The position numbers and the translations under genes were made by a program. The notes beneath the pieces were generated by a model, which was not told the DNA's origin, ran no database searches, and saw only the letters and a program-made list of their open reading frames with translations. This document shows, piece after piece, positions 24,601 to 34,500 of a stretch of 64,000 nucleotides of DNA. Each line of letters opens with the position of its first letter. The stretch's first letter is position 1. The stretch comes from Squalus acanthias (Eukaryota): the NCBI GenBank assembly GCA_030390025.1, contig CM059449.1, positions 930,001-994,000 on the forward strand, given 5' to 3'.

Positions 24601-27600
24601 CACACTTTGAGATGAGGAGAGGAAAAGTATTTGAAAAAAAATTCTACTGAAAGGAAGAAACAGCCCAGGGCCCAGAAACACTGCTGATTACAACTGAAGA
24701 TCAGACACAACAAAATATCAGGCACTAAAGGAAAACCGTGCCTTTGCGGTTTTGAGGTTCTTGCAGATGTTTCGGGTTGAATTGTCTGCGAGGAACACCA
24801 GAATCCACCATGAAAGAATAGAAATTTACTGTGGAATGAAAATTCTCACTGCCTCCTTCCCCTTAAATGTTAAATTTGTAGTAATCAAGGAAGGTGAATC
24901 GCTGAAATCACATTGAGAAATGTCTTTGTAATTCAAAGCTCACAAACCCTGCAATGATTCTCTAAATAAACTTCAGCTTCTAACTCAAAGCCCATTGATC
25001 GGCAGATCTGTGGTAAATGAACGAAGTTGAGGGATGTGAACACAAACAGCAATTTAAAAATACCAGAATTTCATGCAATAAAAACAAAACATGACTGATT
25101 CAAGTCACCAAAAATCTGCCCTAAACCTATAAACTTTAACTAAAGAGAAACACAGATTGTCACAGCAAGGGGTAGTATTTATAGTTTGATGCTGCTGGGC
25201 ATGTTGTTTACAATACACTGCAACTTGGCTGAGCCTTTCATCTTCAAGGTCTACAGTGCTGAACACAGAAGCCTCAGGAGCTACATAGAAAGGTTAAATC
25301 CATGTCTCCATTAATTCCCATAGATCTCAAGTTGCTGACACCAACAGATGTTGGTGTTCTGATTTAGGGTTTATCACCAATGACAGGACAGTGCTCAGAA
25401 CAGCCCTGTTCAAAGCTCCAGGCTCACAAAGTTCAAACCGGTCAAAGCAGAAAATGACACACGGATAAATGAGAATGACTTGTCTGAACATGGTGGGCTG
25501 AATTAGCAGGGCTGGGGGTGTGGGGCCTAGGCTGGAATTTGCTCCCCTAAAGATCTCGAGTCTAATATTAACTGCTGTTCCCATCGTTACACCCCTTACA
25601 GACTGAGGTTACATTTTTTAAATTGTACTCACAGTTTGATACATTATATCCTCATCAGTAAATCCTAGCACACTCTGTATTAAATCTTAACTATTTATAT
25701 TGCACCACAGAAGTGCCAGGCAATGACTATCTCCAACAAGCGAGAGTCTAACCACCACCCCTTGACATTCAATGGCATTACCATCGCCAAATCCCCTGCC
25801 ATCAACATCCTGGGGGTCACCATTGACCAGAAACTGAACTGGACCAGCCACATAAATACTGTGGCAACAAGAGCAGGTCAGAGGCTCGGTATTCTGCAGC
25901 GAGTGTCTCACCTCCTGACTCCCCAAAGTCTTTCTACCATCTACAAGGCAGAAGTAAGGAGTGTGATGGAATACTCTCCACTTGCCTGGATGAGTGCAGC
26001 TCCCACAACACACAAAAAGCTCAACACCATCCAGGACAAAGCAACCCGCTTGATTGGCACCCCATCTACCACCTTAAACATTCACCCCACCACCGGCGTA
26101 CCATGGCTGCAGTGTGTACCATCTACAACATGCACTGCAGCAACTCACCAAGGCTTCTTCAGCAGCACCTCCCAAACCCGCGACCTCTTCCACCTAGAAG
26201 GACAAGGGCAGCAAACGCATGGGAACACCACCACCTCCAAGGTCCCCTACAAGTCACACACCATCCTGACTTAGAAGTATATCGCTGATCCTTTATCGTC
26301 GCTAGGTCAAAATCCTGGAACACCCTACCTAACAGCACTGTGGGAGTAACTTCACCACACGAACTGCAGCAGTTTAAGAAGGTGACTCACCACCACCTTC
26401 TCAAGGGCAATTAGGGATGGGCAATAAATGCTGGCCTTGCCAGCGATGCCCACATCCCATAAATGAATTAAAAAAAATATAAAGAACTTGGATATTGAAT
26501 GCCGAGCAGTTAACATGTTCTTACCTTGGAACAACTTCCTCTTCTTATAGAACAAAATGATAATTGCCATAATGGTGATCAAGGTGATGAGAAGGATGAT
26601 GATGAATGCAATTTGCCAACCTGACAAACTTAGTTCCTTGGGGAACAGTTCACCTGCAAATTAATGCACTGCTGTGTGTAAATATCAAGGCAATACAGAA
26701 AATGTAAGACCGTTGCATTTGGTTTTGTTGCCTACTATTTAACAGGAGATAAGGTAACATTTAAGGTTCATTGACTCATTTTTATCTTCACACAACTACA
26801 TAAAGATATAGAAATAGAACCTGATGCCGCTGCTGTTCTCTCAATTATAACAAATTTAATAGTGACAATTCAGAAGTGTTCTCATGGAAAACACTGTACA
26901 ACACCAACCAATGGCAATAAAGCCCCTTTGTAGTGGCTCACATAGTCCAGCAGATCAACTACAGTCCTGGTCAGCTGGCCACCTGTCCATCGATTTACCC
27001 CGACTTTGGTTCCATTCACAAGTGAAAGCAACACACTGCATTAAATATATTAATCGATGTGTTTAATCTTGTTTGCTGACCTGACATTTGAATCACGGCC
27101 TCTCCCTCAGTTTTCATTCCTTCACTGTGAACAAGACAGGTGTATTTATTTGTGGAATCCTTCGCTATGTCGATGTGACTGAGGACAGTGAAACCTCCCT
27201 TCGGATTCTCAGTTGCCTTAGAGTTGGATGAAGCCCGTTTGTTTGCATCTCCATCTTTCCACGATATTTGAAGGTTGGAGGACGAGCTGTTGGTTTTACA
27301 GAGGAGTTGGATGTTTCTGCCCAGAAACCCGTCCATGCGAATAACAGGTTGGCTGCCAAGGGCTGAAATGTAAATTTTATAATAAGAAAATTTCATTCAA
27401 CAAAATGCCTCTTATGGTAATGATCTCAGGATGCATTTATCCTGCAACTTCTGCCGAAACTAAAACACTATTTTGTAGATGTGTACGCTAGACACTCTCA
27501 TTTTTTTGTGGGGGTGGGGAGGGGAGATGAGGGGAGAATAAATTTTGCACCAGTTAAAAGGAAGGATGTCAACATTAGTTACAGGAACATGTTTTCAAAT

Positions 27601-29625
27601 TTTATCAAATATAGGATCATCTGTGGAGGAAGTTCCCAGCCTCGGACAGCACCATTTCCCACACCAGCCTTCATTTACCCTAATTATTGGCAAATTCAGA
27701 GGACATTTCTGCTGTGAGTCCATACACACGACATAGAACTCTTAGAGTGAGCTGACAAAGAGAAATAGAGAGCTTCATTCATCAGTCTGGATTTCAACCT
27801 GGAGATTAGAGGGAATAAAAGAAGAGACTTGCATACAATACAAAAGCAAAATACTGCGGGTGCTGGAAATCTGAAATAAAAACAGAAAATGCTGGAAATA
27901 CTCAGCAGGTCAGGCAGCATCTATGGAGAGAGAAACAGAGTTAACGTTTCAGGTCAATGATCTTTAGTCAGAACTGGAAAATGTTGGAGATGTAACAGGT
28001 TTTTAAGCAAGTGTAGGGGCAGGGAAAGGGGGAGGGGAGGAAAGAACAAAAGGGAAGGTCTGTGATAGGATGGAAGGCTGGAGAGATTAAAAGACAAAAG
28101 GGATGATGGTGCAAGGCAAAAGGAGATGGTAATGGGACAAGTTAAGAAACAAAAGATGATTCTAGATGAAGTGTAAATGGCAATGGCAGAATCATCAACA
28201 GCTGCCATGTGAGAGAGAAAAAAAATTGGGGCCGAGGTTATGGTCTGAAATTGTTGAACTCGATGTTGAGTCCAGAAGGCTGTAAAGTGCCTAATCGAAA
28301 GATGAGGTGCTGTTCCTCGAGCTTACATTGAGCTTTGTTGGAACAGTGTAAGAGGCCGAGAACGGTGAGGTCAGAGTGGGAGTGAAGCGGGGAATTAAAG
28401 TGACAGGCAACCGGAAGCTCAGGGTCACCCTTACGGACTGAACGGAGGTGTTCCGCAAAGCTGTCGCCCAATCTGCGTTTGGTCTCCCCAATGTAGAGGA
28501 GACCACATCGTGAGCAGCGAATACAGTATACCAAATTGCAGGAAGTACAAGTAAATCACTGTTTCACCTGGAAGTAGTGTTTGGGGCCCTGGACAGTGGG
28601 AAGGGTGGAGGTAAAAGGGCAGGTGCTGCATCTCCTGCGCTTGCACGGGAAAGTGCCGTGCAGAGGGGAGGGGGTGTTAGAGGAGTGGACCAGGGTGTCG
28701 CGGAGGGAGCGGTCCCTTTGGAATGCTGAAAGGGGCGGTGTGGGGGCAATGTGTTTGGTGGTGGGATCACAGACTAGCATACAATGGTCGCTCCAATTTT
28801 TTTTTTTTGAGTGTGCGACCCATTTGAGGGGTTGCGCGGCCCATTCCAATTTCCATGCATGTGCGGTTTTTCCCCATTGTAAAGCTGGCAAGCGGCCTGC
28901 GTGAGATCTCCAGACAGCTACGCAGCTTACAGGAACATTGCTTCCATAAACATAGCCTGTTTCTCAACCTTGGGACATGCCAAAGTGCTTTACCTGGAAG
29001 CCAATGAAATACATTCCAGAATGTCATCACTTTTAATGTAGGAAATGTGGCAGCCAATTTGCACACAGCAAGAGCCCACAAACAACAATGTGATAATGAC
29101 CAGATTATCTGTATTTAGCGATGTTGGTTGAGGAATAAATATTGGCCCCAGGACACTGGGAGAACTCTCCTGCTCTTCGAAGATTGCCATGGCATCTTTT
29201 ATGTCCACCTGAGAGGGCAGATGGGGCGTCGGTTTAACATCTCATGTAAAAGACAACATCTCCGACAGTGCAGTGCTCCCTCAGTACAGCAATGGAGTGC
29301 CAGCCTACATTATGTGCTCAAGTCTCCGGAGTGGGACTTGAACCTTCTGAGTCAGAGGAGAGAGCTCTACCCACTGAGCCACGGCCAACACTGTAATTAC
29401 CTGAATTTTTACATCATTGAGTCGAACTTCTCCAGGTACAAGAAGTGACATCACATAATTATGTCATACAACATGAACAAAGTCAGTGCAGCTACTGTTA
29501 AAGAACAGAACCTGTATAGAATGTCAAAACATAGAAATATTACCGAGAAAGAGAGATTGCTCACCAGATACTGGACCACAAACAAGGAACAGACCGAGAA
29601 GGAGAGTTCCACACTCCATTTTCAT
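9044..29625 (-). CDS. Butyrophilin-like gene A lacking IgV (leader-IgC-TM-micro-exons-B30.2); possibly a pseudogene or alternatively spliced
   Basis: Exons 29565..29625, 27081..27362, 26525..26653, 20905..20926 (tentative), 20097..20122, 18840..18865, 9044..9600, all with AG/GT boundaries. No IgV ORF between leader and IgC. Frame into B30.2 is broken if 18840..18865 is included. Confidence 0.7.
9641..9984. mobile_element. MITE (344 bp) just upstream of the gene A B30.2 acceptor
   Basis: GAGGTGAATTCTCACT / AGTGAAATTTCACCCC ends, CAT/AAT flanks; truncated by deletion in the duplicate. Confidence 0.65.
10657..11817 (+). CDS. Harbinger DDE transposase (HARBI1-family nuclease), 386 aa
   Basis: GAIDCTHV, NRKGFHSLNVQLVCD, GSCHD, LLGDKGY, IERTIGVLKQRFRCL motifs; open frame; TATTTAAA upstream at ~10453. 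Confidence 0.95.
   Translation: MGAAMIGGVVLLQLNRRIQRRRQRVAMMARRRRAIRRMYRRAYPPRVYREQLSYIHMSEELCLRRLRFSKEMVTELCHLLQPDLQPQLRSRTSLSVAVKVTVALNFYATGSFQAAVGDLANISQFAVHRCIRQVTNALFRRRRDFISFPITPDKQRDRALGFARVAGFPMVQGAIDCTHVALRAPRENAEEFRNRKGFHSLNVQLVCDHRQVILAVNAHYPGSCHDAFILRQTTVAEVFKAPHQPVGWLLGDKGYALSTWLMTPLRTPNTPAELRYNESHQATRNIIERTIGVLKQRFRCLDHSGGALQYSPEQVSNFVVVCCMLHNMAILRTQPMPPGLVAPPEEEEEEEEEDEDDDHQQHQGRRAAHNGQTARAVRQRLIASRF
12112..13880 (-). CDS. Harbinger Myb/SANT-like DNA-binding protein, join(13880..13644,13413..13251,13091..12112), 459 aa
   Basis: RFTERALDALVDAV...W.EVA..V...R...QCRKKFNDL and TGGG motifs; GT-AG introns of phase 0 and 1; 1380 nt open; basic C-terminus. Confidence 0.88.
15532..15889 (+). 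mobile_element. Short 3' fragment of the same LINE family
   Basis: Same C-terminal region and tail. Confidence 0.85.
16981..17222 (+). mobile_element. RTE-clade LINE 3' end
   Basis: C-terminal CPTC...SRIG..SHLRTH-like zinc finger, (AAG)n tail, 11-bp TSD AAGATGAAAAG. Confidence 0.8.
18085..18580 (+). mobile_element. CR1 3' fragment
   Basis: C-terminal RT sequence and CR1 hairpin plus ATTCTATG tail. Confidence 0.85.
18840..18865 (-). CDS. Gene A 26-nt pre-B30.2 micro-exon (1 nt shorter than its gene B paralog)
   Basis: TTTTACATTTCTAG acceptor, GCAG|GTAAGA donor; AAGGAAAAGGATTACAAACTCTGCAG aligns to gene B AGTGGAAGGAGATTACGATGTTTGCAG. Confidence 0.72.
19160..19770 (-). mobile_element. CR1 3' fragment
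   Basis: YEERLGRLDLYSLEFRRMRGDLIETYK... Confidence 0.9.
20097..20122 (-). CDS. Gene A 26-nt micro-exon
   Basis: GTCTTTTTTGTAG acceptor, TCAG|GTAAGA donor; positional counterpart of gene B 52514..52540. Confidence 0.7.
20568..20657 (+). mobile_element. Solo ~90-bp PLE terminal fragment with hammerhead (20568..20609)
   Basis: Nearly identical to 54075..54165; stem II has a G-U pair (GGGGC/GCTCC). Confidence 0.8.
20905..20926 (-). CDS. Gene A candidate 22-nt micro-exon
   Basis: CTTTTTATATGTAG acceptor, AAAG|GTACAA donor; 22+26 nt with the next exon preserves phase 1 (GSSDTRERAEDKIKIS). Confidence 0.4.
20940..22975 (-). mobile_element. CR1 RT region, 5'-truncated
   Basis: [32 protein letters not shown]. 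Confidence 0.92.
23818..24100 (+). mobile_element. Old tRNA-derived SINE related to the head, 5'UTR and tail of the 39142..42318 LINE
   Basis: TAGCCTGGTGGTTA...CTCAAATCCC head; GACCATGA, TTCACTGATGTCCTT, ATGTGACTCCAG, ATGTGGTTG body; CAACTAGGGATGGG..CACATCCC tail. Confidence 0.7.
25700..26478 (+). mobile_element. 3' part of the same LINE family
   Basis: RT C-terminal motifs and the same tail. Confidence 0.9.
26525..26653 (-). CDS. Gene A transmembrane exon
   Basis: GELFPKELSLSGWQIAFIIILLITLITIMAIIILFYKKRK; 129 nt, CAAG|GTAAGA donor; paralogous to gene B TM exon (FP...SGW..AF). Confidence 0.92.
27081..27362 (-). CDS. Gene A IgC exon
   Basis: ALGSQPVIRMDG...IQLLC...ISW...KYTCLV; 282 nt, phase 1-1; homologous to gene B IgC. 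Confidence 0.92.
27841..28770 (-). mobile_element. Penelope-like element 3' fragment (GIY-YIG endonuclease plus pLTR with degenerate hammerhead ~27939..27975)
   Basis: VYCIRCSRCGLLYIGETKRRL...EH...HFN...E...GLN motifs; AGTT-CTGACTA...GAAACGTT-AACT. Confidence 0.9.
28970..29392 (-). mobile_element. tRNA-derived Deu-domain SINE
   Basis: TGGCTCAGTGG A box, GGTTCAAGTCCC B box; Deu-like GATGTTAAACCG..GCCCC core. Confidence 0.8.
29565..29625 (-). CDS. Gene A signal-peptide exon (MKMECGTLLLGLFLVCGPVS)
   Basis: TTTGCAG acceptor 4 nt before the ATG, CTG|GTGAGC donor, phase 1, hydrophobic core. Confidence 0.8.
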
Positions 29626-30409
29626 CACTCTGCAAATTCAAAATAAAATGCAATTATTTGAGTGAATTGTCTCAGTACATTCTTCACAAGCTGGATAAAA
29701 TCTGACTGGGAATCCGACTGAAGATTATATGGGATTGCTTGGATGTTAATGTCATTCTAAGGTGTCCAGACTACAGCCCACAAGGCTGCCCACGGCCCAG
29801 GTTCTGGTCCACAATTTCTCAGACATGAACTCACTCTGTTGCTGGGCAACAGGCTGCCGTGTGAAAATGCTGAAGTGAGTGAAGATCCGGACCTGTCGCT
29901 TCCAATGAACCCGGTAAACCCGCTTCCAAAGTTAAATTAAAGAAGCGAGTGGAAGCGGGCGCTTCAGTAAAAGAAGTCCCGTCCCACCGGACTCAGGACA
30001 ACTTGATGTGGAAAGGTTCCTGGGGCCGGGCTCACTTCAGCAGACGGAGCGGCCCCCAAATGTCCCGCAGCATCAAATGTGGGGAAAGGCCGGGGGCGGG
30101 AGCCGAGCTCCGGACTCCGACCTTTGCTCCAATTGACGCCGCGCCCATCCAAAGTACAGCAAAGTGAAAACGCTTTTGTGCATCGAGTTTGAGTCGGGCC
30201 ATTTTGTTGGGCGGAAAGCGGCGGAAAGTTTGGGCGCAGACAGGTTGGTGCCATTTGCTGCTAATGCATTGAGCGAGTGGAATGGGGGGAGAATGGGAGA
30301 GGGGGTGCGGCCCCGGGGAGGAGAGACATGGGCCGGACTGGGCTCCTTCCTCACACCCAGGAGCCGGACTGGAGCAGCTCCAGGCCCGGCCGCACCCTCC
30401 CCGAACCCG

Positions 30410-30683
30410 GGTTACAGAAACAGGGAGGGTTGTAGGGCTGGAGGAGTTTACAGAGATAGGGAGGGTTGCAGGGGCTGGAGGAGGTTACAGAGATAGGGAG
30501 GGCTGCAGGCGGTTACAGAGAAAGTGAGGGTGTTAGGGCTGGAGGAGGTTACAGAGGTAAGGAGTGTTGTAGGTCTGGAGGAGATTACATAGATAGGGAG
30601 TGTGGTAAGGTTTGAGGAGGTTACAGAGATAGGGAGGCTTCTAGGGATGGAGGAGGTTATAGAGATGGAGGATTGTAGGGCTG
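30410..30683. repeat. 36-bp L2-derived minisatellite (~7.5 copies)
   Basis: Unit GGGCTGGAGGAGGTTACAGAGATAGGGAGGGTTGTA, same as at 51878..52052. Confidence 0.9.
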
Positions 30684-30686
30684 CAA

Positions 30687-31085
30687 TGAATTGGATAACT
30701 TCACATTTATCCACGTAATACTGCATCTGCCATATATTTGCCCACTCACTCAACTTGTCTAAATCGCCTTGAAGCCTCTTTGCATCCTCCTCACAACTCA
30801 CAATCTCACCTAGTTTCGTGTCGTCAGCAAACTTGGAAATATTATATTTGGTTCCCTTATCCAAATCATTGTTATATATTGTGAATAGCTGGGGCCCAAG
30901 CACTGATCCCCGCGGTACCCCACTAGTCACCGCCTGCCTCCCCAAAAAAGACCCATTTATTCCTACTCTCTGCTTCCTGTCTGTTAACCAATTTTCAATC
31001 CATGCCAGTATATTACCCCCAATCCCATGTGCTTTAATTTTGCACATTAACCTCTTATGTGGGACTTTATCAAAGGCCTTCTGAA
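30687..31085 (-). mobile_element. CR1 RT internal fragment within the intergenic gap
   Basis: QKAFDKVPH...GSVLGP...KFADD. Confidence 0.9.
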
Positions 31086-31475
31086 GTGTTTTCTGCAAAA
31101 GAGACATTTCTGCAGTGTCTCCTTCCTATAGTCATACATTTATTACTCTGATCAGTGAGCAGCACTGATTACTGGATACATCCCCACATATTTCTGCAAC
31201 ACACTGAAATAAAACATCAGGGTCACGCTGTTATTTTAAAGAAATCTTACTCGCCGCCCAGGCAGGTTTGAATGAAGAGATTTCTTCAGCCTGTTCTCTT
31301 TATCTTTCTGGAATACCAGCCCTGCCTTCTTCCTGTTGCAGCATCCAGCTGTTTCTTCCTTTCACATCAAGATATGAGAATTATTGTCAGTGATATGAAA
31401 AGGGTGTTAATAATGCAGCATGAAAACAATGGGTGGCTGATCCAGGTAACTCTGATCTAATTTACAGGGTCCACA

Positions 31476-31533
31476 ATGGAGAATCACTTACTGGCGTCAT
31501 TCCTATTGTTACAGATTCAGATTACAGCAGCAG
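31476..31533 (+). CDS. Gene B signal-peptide exon ([19 protein letters not shown])
   Basis: Hydrophobic core, ends CAG|GTAAGA in phase 1, 91-nt intron to the IgV exon. Confidence 0.85.
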
Positions 31534-34500
31534 GTAAGAGACTGGGTTAAAGGCATGAAGTCTGGATTATCTGTATAATGTGTGCTGTGACAGTATTTAA
31601 ATGCTATTCATTCTTCACTTACAGGAGACTTCGAAGTGACCGGTGCAGACAGCCCAGTACTAGTGACCGTGGGTAGTAGCGTCACGCTGAACTGTCGGGT
31701 CACACCGAGCCTTGACCCTCTGAGTATGGAACTGGAATGGTTAAAAGCAGATACCCGAGAAACTGTCATTTTATTCATAAATGGACGCAGTCGTGCAAAG
31801 TCAAGCAACTACCTTGGAAGGAGTGAGATCTTTAGGGACAAATTGATTCAGGGAAATATCTCGCTCAGTCTAAGCAATGTCCGTATCTCCGATGAGGGTA
31901 AATACAGATGCGTCGTGAGCACCAGTTCCTGGGGACATGCAGGAGATGCAGAACTAACAGTAGCCGGTAGGTATTGATACAGAGAACTGAATCTGTGAAT
32001 ATTGTCACCAAAACATATTCAGAAATTTACATCCCCGTGTAAAATGTCTTTTTAATTAATTTATAAACTTGGAATACCAACATTGATTCTTAACTGTTAT
32101 TGCTGCTTCAGTTTGAGTACATGGAGTTAATGTTCCGTATTGTGATTGGATTGTGGAGGGAATGAAACCGTGCTCGATCCATTCACTCTCATTCTGAACA
32201 ATCAGTCTCGGGAACACTGGGGATCTTCTACATCTCAATCTGTACAGTGCTCACTGTGGGTGTAGATTCACTGTAGAACGTGTCACTGGGACTCTGGACC
32301 AACACTTTATCTCATGGCCTGAGATTCCCTCCTCCTCCTTCCTGGATCACAAGATAATTACAGATGAGGAAGGCCGTTTGGCCCATTTTATTTTAACTAG
32401 AAAGACCCGAACTTCCCCCATTGGGCCTCCAATTGTTTCTTAAACCACTCCAGGGTTTTCTCCTCCAGCACTCTGTCCAGAGTCCATTCCATGTGTTGAT
32501 CACTCTTTGTTTGATGAACTGGCTGTAACAGTCTCACATTTACCTTTTACTAGTTTGAACCTGTGTTCACTTGTCCCACTCTCACAATTTAAAGTAATAT
32601 TTCAGCTTTACCTTTTCCGTTCCTTTAACTACCTATATGTACCCCGAAGCCTCCTTTCCAGGTGCAAATCCCAGGTTTTTCCAGTCTTTTCCCGTCACTC
32701 AGACCCCTGACACTGGGGATGAGTCTGGTGGATCTTCTCCGATCCGCCTCCAGTGTTCAAATATCTCCCTTGTTTCTCAATGGCCAGAACTGGACACAGT
32801 ATTCAAGGTGGGCTCTGACCAGAGCACCGTGCAGTTTGATCGTGGCTTCCTCTGACTTGTAGTCTACTATTTTTAGCCATTTAGTTTGGGAGGCTGGGGG
32901 AGAGAATGTTGCTCATTTTCCCTTATGAGTACTTCAAGAAAATGAACATTCGGAATATTTCCTATTTTGTGCTTGCCCCCAGTTCTGATGCTGTTTGAAT
33001 CATTTATGGTTTACACCGATTCTCTGACATTCCTGTCACTGCTGTAGGACTGATGTTTATTTACTGTAATGTTTCACTTCAGCTGCTGTGCATTTTTCGA
33101 GGCCTCTCCTGGCCCTTCTCATTACCTGCTGAACGTGTTCCTGCACATTCCTATATTCCTCCCAGTGAACCCCTTCTCCTTTCTCCCTGCAGGATTTATA
33201 GCCATTTCTCCTCTTATTTCACTTCAATCTCTTTGTTAATCCATTGAGGGTCCAGTGTGTTTTGCCTGAGCTTCTGATTTCAGATCCTCACCGTGTTGGA
33301 GTCCGAGTCACCCACTGAGTCTGACTGTAACTCATTCTTTCCCAGGACTGCAGAGCTGTAGAACTCCTGGCCTCCCTCAGCTTTCTCCTCCTCCTACAAT
33401 CTACGGCTTTTAAAAACTCAAGTGTGGCCTCCCCTGATCACAGCTTCATGATTTGCATCCTCTCTAGTCTGTTCTATACCGTGGTGGAGGCCTCCTGTCT
33501 GGGCCTTGACCCTTCACACCCATTCGGCAACAATATCAAAATGAGGCCTCACAAAAAAAAACTTCAAATGATCTGGAGAAAGTAGAAAGAGACAAATTCC
33601 AAACATTCACATTCTCCGTTATCTGCTGATGACTCATGGGAGCTGTTTTCCAGCCTAAATATTGGGATTAACCAGGAAACATTGACACTTGTGCATTGAA
33701 CCAGATGTGTAAATATCTTTTTAATACAGGAAAACTGATTTAAAAGAATAGAATAATACAGGACAGAAGGAGGCCCTTCGGCCCATTGTGCCTGTGCCGG
33801 CTCTCTGAAAGTGCTATCCAATTAATCCCACTCCCCTGCTCTTTCCCCATAGCCCTGCAATCTTTTCCTTTTCAAGTATTTATCCAAATCCATTTTGAAA
33901 GTTTCTATTGAATCTGCTTCCACCGCCCTTTCAGGCAGTGCATTCCAGAACATCATAACTCGTTGCGTAAAAACAATTCTCCTCATTTCCCCTCTGTTAT
34001 TTTGCCAATTACCTTTCTATCTGTGTCCTCTGGTTACTGACCCGCCAGCCAGTGCAAACAGTTTCTCCTGATTTACTCTAACAATACCCTTCATAATTTT
34101 AAACTCCTTGATCAAATCTCCCCATAACCTTTTTTGGTCTAAGGAGAACAATCCCAGCTTCTCCAGTCTCTCCACATAACTAAAGTCCCTCATCCCTGGT
34201 GCCATTGTAGGAAATCTCCTCTGCACCCTCTCCAAGGCCTTGACATGTTTCCTAAAGTGTGATGCCCAGAATTGGCCACAATTATCCAGCTGATGCCTAA
34301 CCAGTGTTTTATAAAGGTTTAGCATAGCTTCCTTGGTTTTGTACTCTATGCCTCTAATTATAAAGCCAAGGGTCCCGTATGGTTTTTTAACAGGCTTATC
34401 AGCTTGTCCTGCAACCCTCAAGGATTTGCGTATGTGAACCCCAGGTTTCTCTATTTCGGTACCCCCTTGAAAATTGTACCATTTTTGAAAATTGCCTCAC

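Larger units (their letters stand above)
29880..31475. promoter_or_regulatory. Candidate shared bidirectional promoter region with CpG-rich block (29880-30420)
   Basis: Lies between the divergent leaders. CpG-rich; CCAAT/TGACG at ~30129-30140, AAGTGAAA (IRF-type) at ~30162, GGGCGG. Minus-strand donors at 30034-35 and 31249-50 could end non-coding first exons of gene A. Confidence 0.45.

Noticed and set aside
25633-25674. Possible extra gene A exon (GTGAGT donor; 32 or 42 nt)
   Set aside because: No polypyrimidine tract; the 42-nt form has an in-frame stop and the 32-nt form does not rescue the B30.2 frame.
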